Below, one piece after another: positions 60,565-64,000 of a DNA stretch of 64,000 nt. Origin of the DNA: an uncultured Acidimicrobiaceae bacterium (GTDB taxonomy: Bacteria; Actinomycetota; Acidimicrobiia; Spongiisociales; ZC4RG35); assembly GCA_964617995.1 (NCBI GenBank), contig CAZTXD010000002.1, positions 4,862 to 68,861 of the forward strand, read 5' to 3'. The first letter of the stretch is position 1, and every line of letters starts with the position of its first letter. The notes below the pieces were generated by a model. It made no database searches and was not told the origin of the DNA. It saw only the letters and a list, made by a program, of their open reading frames with translations. A program made the translations under genes and the position numbers.

Positions 60565-61602
60565 GTGAGGAGACCGGTGCGATCCATCCTGGCTCCATTG
60601 TTCACCACTGGACTCATCGTCGCCTCGTGTGTTCCAGGGCAGACGGCGGATCCGACGACCACCGCCCCCGCTGCGGAGACCACCACCGTTCCTGATACCA
60701 GCACGGTTCCCGGTAGGACCACCGTCACGGAGTTGCCGGTCCGAGGCCGGGCGGCCGAGCTGCCCCAACCGCGTACCGAGGTGGCCGGAGCGGTATGGGA
60801 GGGCCGCATCGTGGTTGTGGGAGGCCTGGACGAAGGAGCGGCGGTCAGTGAGCGTACCGACATCTACGACCCTGACACCGACACCTGGACTGCCGGGCCG
60901 GACCTCCCCGTGGCGTTGCATCACACCGCAGTGGCGGCTCTCGGTGGCCGGGTCTATGTGGTCGGCGGCTATTCCATCGGTCCGGATGGCTGGATCCCGG
61001 AGGGCACGGTGTGGAGCCTTGGCCCTGATGACGAGAGCTGGCAGCGAGAGCCCGATCTGGGCACTTCTCGGGGGGCGCTGGCCGTGGCCTCCACCGGTGA
61101 CCGCCTGGTAGCGGTGGGCGGAGTTGGGCCCGGTGGGCTCTTGACCTCCACTGAGATACTCGAGGCGGGTGAGCAAGCCTGGCGGCCGGGACCCGATCTG
61201 TCGGAACCCCGCGAGCACCTGGCGGCGGCCGCGGTGGGCGACCACGTGTTTGCGATCGCAGGACGGACCGGTGGCTTCGACACGAACAAGTCCTCCGTCG
61301 AGGTGCTCGGCTCCGCAGGGTGGGATGAGGCGCCGGCGCTGAACTTCTCCCGAGGGGGTATCGGTGCAACCAGGGTGGGGGATGTTCCATGCGTAGCAGG
61401 CGGGGAGGAGCAGGCAGGGACAATCGCAACCATCGAGTGCCTCGTAGACGATTCCTGGCAGGTCGTCGACGAGTTGGAGGTGGCTCGTCACGGTTTGGTC
61501 GTGGTGGCACTCGGCGGGTTCCTTCACGTGATCGGGGGCGGCCCTGAGCCCGGCCTGACGGTGAGCGATGTTCATGAAGTGATCCCGGTCAGCGTGGAGT
61601 AG
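60565..61602 (+). CDS. Kelch-repeat beta-propeller lipoprotein
   Basis: Signal peptide with lipobox IVASC; repeated blades ending in VVGG/AVGG/AIAG; Thr/Pro-rich linker. Confidence 0.7.
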   Translation: MRRPVRSILAPLFTTGLIVASCVPGQTADPTTTAPAAETTTVPDTSTVPGRTTVTELPVRGRAAELPQPRTEVAGAVWEGRIVVVGGLDEGAAVSERTDIYDPDTDTWTAGPDLPVALHHTAVAALGGRVYVVGGYSIGPDGWIPEGTVWSLGPDDESWQREPDLGTSRGALAVASTGDRLVAVGGVGPGGLLTSTEILEAGEQAWRPGPDLSEPREHLAAAAVGDHVFAIAGRTGGFDTNKSSVEVLGSAGWDEAPALNFSRGGIGATRVGDVPCVAGGEEQAGTIATIECLVDDSWQVVDELEVARHGLVVVALGGFLHVIGGGPEPGLTVSDVHEVIPVSVE

Positions 61603-61797
61603 GTACGCCTTCGCTTCCGGCCCCAGACGGCGGTTCGGGGCCGATGCCGTCGGGCCGCCGCTCGTCTGGCGTGTCGGGTTCTTGTCGGCCTCCTTACAGA
61701 GGGGTCGTGATGAGCATGGAGGTGCGGCGCCGAGTACCTCGTCCCCGCCAGCGTCACCGTCCGGGGTGATCAAGCCCGAGAGCTCGACGCGGGCTTG

Positions 61798-62640
61798 TCA
61801 CTCCTTGCGGTGGTACAGATACATGGTGAGTGGCCCGAACACGGCCACGAGGGCGGCACTGATCATCAATACAGTGGCGATCGCCCCGCCAGCGGGTCTT
61901 CCGTGGAAGAGGCCACGCACGGCGGTGGTGAGGATCGTTATCGGGTTGACGTTGGCGAATGCCCGCAACCAGCCCGGCATTGTGTCCAGGGGCACGAACA
62001 CGTTGCTGAGAAACGTGAGCGGAAACATGATCATGTTGCCGGCGGTGAACACCGCGTTCTCCGAGCGCATGATGATCCCCGCCACCGTCCAGATCCAGGA
62101 CAGGCTGAACGAGAACACCAGGAGCAGTCCGAGTCCGGCGAGCACGCCGGTCCCTCCGGCGCCGGGACGGAATCCCAGCGCCATCCCGAGGCCGAGGATG
62201 ACGGCGGTCGCTAGGGCGTAGCGCACCGCGTCGGCGAGCAACGGTCCGACCAGCGTCGCCGGCCGCCAGATCGGCAGCGATCGGAAGCGATCGTGGATCC
62301 CCTTCGTGAGATCACGGTTGAGACTGTGACCGGTGTACATGCTGATCCACGTGACCTGCATGACCACGATGCCCGGAAGCACACTCTGCAGGTAGAGGCC
62401 GGTCGAGCCCGCCACCGCACCGCCGAAGAGGTAGGTGAACATGAGCAGCATCATCACAGGGAAGATCGTGACGTCCATGAGTTGCTCGGGAACGTGCTTG
62501 ATCTTGAGCAACGCTCGCCAGGCGAAGGTGAAGGTAGTTGACACCGGCGAGGGACGCGGGGGGCGGGCACTCGGCGCCAGCGTCACCTCCAGGATCCGCT
62601 CGGCATCGCTCACGGAGACAGTGCCGGGAGCGGCGGTCAT
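61798..62640 (-). CDS. ABC-2 transporter permease
   Basis: Start MTAAPGT overlapping ATPase stop (ATGA); 6 TM. Confidence 0.8.
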   Translation of the reverse strand: MTAAPGTVSVSDAERILEVTLAPSARPPRPSPVSTTFTFAWRALLKIKHVPEQLMDVTIFPVMMLLMFTYLFGGAVAGSTGLYLQSVLPGIVVMQVTWISMYTGHSLNRDLTKGIHDRFRSLPIWRPATLVGPLLADAVRYALATAVILGLGMALGFRPGAGGTGVLAGLGLLLVFSFSLSWIWTVAGIIMRSENAVFTAGNMIMFPLTFLSNVFVPLDTMPGWLRAFANVNPITILTTAVRGLFHGRPAGGAIATVLMISAALVAVFGPLTMYLYHRKE

Positions 62641-63659
62641 GCGGCGTCCACCTCCTCCTTGTCGTCTTCGTCGTCGGTCTCGGCCGGGTGCCCGGTCAAG
62701 GCCAGGAACACCTCGTCGAGGCTCGGTAGGCCGAGGGAGTACTCGGTCGTCGCCACCCCTGCCTCGGTCAGCTGTGACAGGGCCGGGGCCACCCATGTCG
62801 GATCCACTACCCGGGCCGAGAGGGCGACGGCGTCGGACTCCAGGTGGACGGGGACGTTCAACGCCTGACTCAACATGTCTGCGGCCTCAGCCCGTCGCTC
62901 GGGGTCACCAACCCGGACGTGGAGAACGCCGACACCAACCGACGCTTTGAGTTCCCCGGTGGTGCCTTCGGCGATCAGCCGACCCTGGTCTATCACCGCC
63001 ACCCGGTCAGCCAGCTTGTCGGCCTCGTCCAGGTACTGGGTGGTGAGCAGGACGGTCGTCCCCCCTGCTACCAGCGCTCGCACGATATCCCACACCTGGC
63101 CCCGGCTGCGCGGGTCCAGTCCGGTCGTCGGCTCGTCGAGGAACAGCAGCTCGGGAGTGACCACGATCGAAGCGGCGATGTCCAGTCTCCGTCGCATCCC
63201 GCCCGAGTACTTCTTCACTTGACGGGAGGCCGCGTCTCCCAGGTCGAACGCCTCCAGAAGGGCACTCGAACGGGCCGTAGCCTCGGCCCGCGAGAAGCCG
63301 AGGAGACGCGCCACCAGGACGAGGTTCTCGAACCCGGTCAGGTCCTCGTCGACCGACGCGAACTGGCCGGTGAGGCTCACCCGGCCACGAACGGCGTCGG
63401 CGTCGGTCACGATGTTCAGGCCGAACACCCGGGCGTGGCCACCGTCGGGCACCAACAGTGTGGCGAGCATCCGCAGGGTGGTGGTCTTCCCAGCTCCGTT
63501 GGGCCCGAGGAAGCCGTACACACCCCCCGTGGGGACCGACAGGTCGACTCCGTCAACGGCCCGCACCTCGCCGAAGGTCTTGACGAGGCCGGTGGCTTCG
63601 ACTGCCACCTCGCTCGTTATGGCCACGATCGTCTCCTCTCTCGTTTCAGCTCTCGGCAT
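62637..63659 (-). CDS. ABC transporter ATP-binding protein (DrrA-like)
   Basis: [24 protein letters not shown]; acidic C-terminal tail. Confidence 0.9.
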   Translation of the reverse strand: MPRAETREETIVAITSEVAVEATGLVKTFGEVRAVDGVDLSVPTGGVYGFLGPNGAGKTTTLRMLATLLVPDGGHARVFGLNIVTDADAVRGRVSLTGQFASVDEDLTGFENLVLVARLLGFSRAEATARSSALLEAFDLGDAASRQVKKYSGGMRRRLDIAASIVVTPELLFLDEPTTGLDPRSRGQVWDIVRALVAGGTTVLLTTQYLDEADKLADRVAVIDQGRLIAEGTTGELKASVGVGVLHVRVGDPERRAEAADMLSQALNVPVHLESDAVALSARVVDPTWVAPALSQLTEAGVATTEYSLGLPSLDEVFLALTGHPAETDDEDDKEEVDAA

Positions 63660-64000
63660 CAGCGTAGAACTTCAAGTCGGCTTTAAATCAAGCCGGCGGC
63701 TGCCGATCGGCGGAATTGATACCACGCCGTGGTCGGACACCCGGACGATTTTCGGAGGTCGAATCCCGCCACCGCGGCAGGGAAATCGTACCGGCAGCGA
63801 AGACTGAGACCTCGATCTCACCCCGCGGAGCGGTGGGGGATCGGTGTACCCGTGGGTCGCTGCGACGGGACAACCCTTGGGGCGGGACGGGCCTTTTTGT
63901 TCCCGAGCGCGCGGACAGCGGCTGGTGACGCTGACCGGAGTCGGTGGACCGGGTGAGACCAGCCAGCCGTTCCCGATGTGTTCGGTACCGGGAATCCGCG

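Overview
High-GC, actinobacterial-type chromosomal segment, densely coding on both strands with about 65 protein-coding genes. No rRNA or tRNA genes, CRISPR array, transposase or integrase were recognised. All calls rest on the supplied six-frame translations plus motifs recognised by eye; nothing was searched against a database.

Most genes are ordinary metabolic, regulatory and transport functions:
- Enzymes: a CocE/NonD-type hydrolase, alpha/beta hydrolases, a cytochrome P450 plus a separate small ferredoxin, a MetE-like methyltransferase, an LLM/F420-type oxidoreductase, an SDR, a frameshifted Gfo/Idh/MocA oxidoreductase, VOC/glyoxalase proteins and a SAM-dependent methyltransferase.
- Transport and repair: an APC amino-acid permease, three DrrAB-like ABC-2 exporter systems, a UvrA-paralogue ATPase and an AlkZ/YcaQ-like glycosylase.
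- Regulators: ArsR-family, LuxR(GAF), TetR (two), an ECF SigJ-like sigma factor and a 910-aa SARP/AfsR-like protein.

Loci worth attention:
1. A tandem array of five start/stop-overlapping paralogous polytopic membrane proteins (40361-46119). Their N-terminal domains have diverged but they share an almost invariant C-terminal ~125-aa module with no recognisable enzymatic domain. The array sits divergently beside the SARP/NB-ARC/TPR regulator and shows a ~120-bp gene-conversion tract between paralogues 2 and 4. This is the best candidate here for an undescribed system.
2. A fluoride riboswitch (crcB RNA motif) driving a crcB-crcB-DUF190 operon. It lies directly after a ~30-aa KdpE-like response-regulator C-terminal remnant and between low-GC stretches.
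3. A cryptic biosynthesis-like locus (30105-36475). It holds a TetR regulator with a perfect 11-bp inverted-repeat operator, a membrane protein, a QW-repeat prenyltransferase/terpene-cyclase-like protein, a FabH-like (KAS III) protein fused to a heme-oxygenase-like domain, a translationally coupled unknown protein and a pterin-4a-carbinolamine-dehydratase/VOC fusion. A paralogue of that fusion at 6151-6804 carries two frameshifts.
4. A partner-switching module: an RsbU-type PP2C phosphatase fused to an RsbW-type kinase, followed by two STAS antagonists.
5. An ArsR/LMW-PTPase (ArsC-type) fusion with a candidate operator, and a TetR-regulated MerB-like organomercurial-lyase homologue followed by a Kelch lipoprotein.
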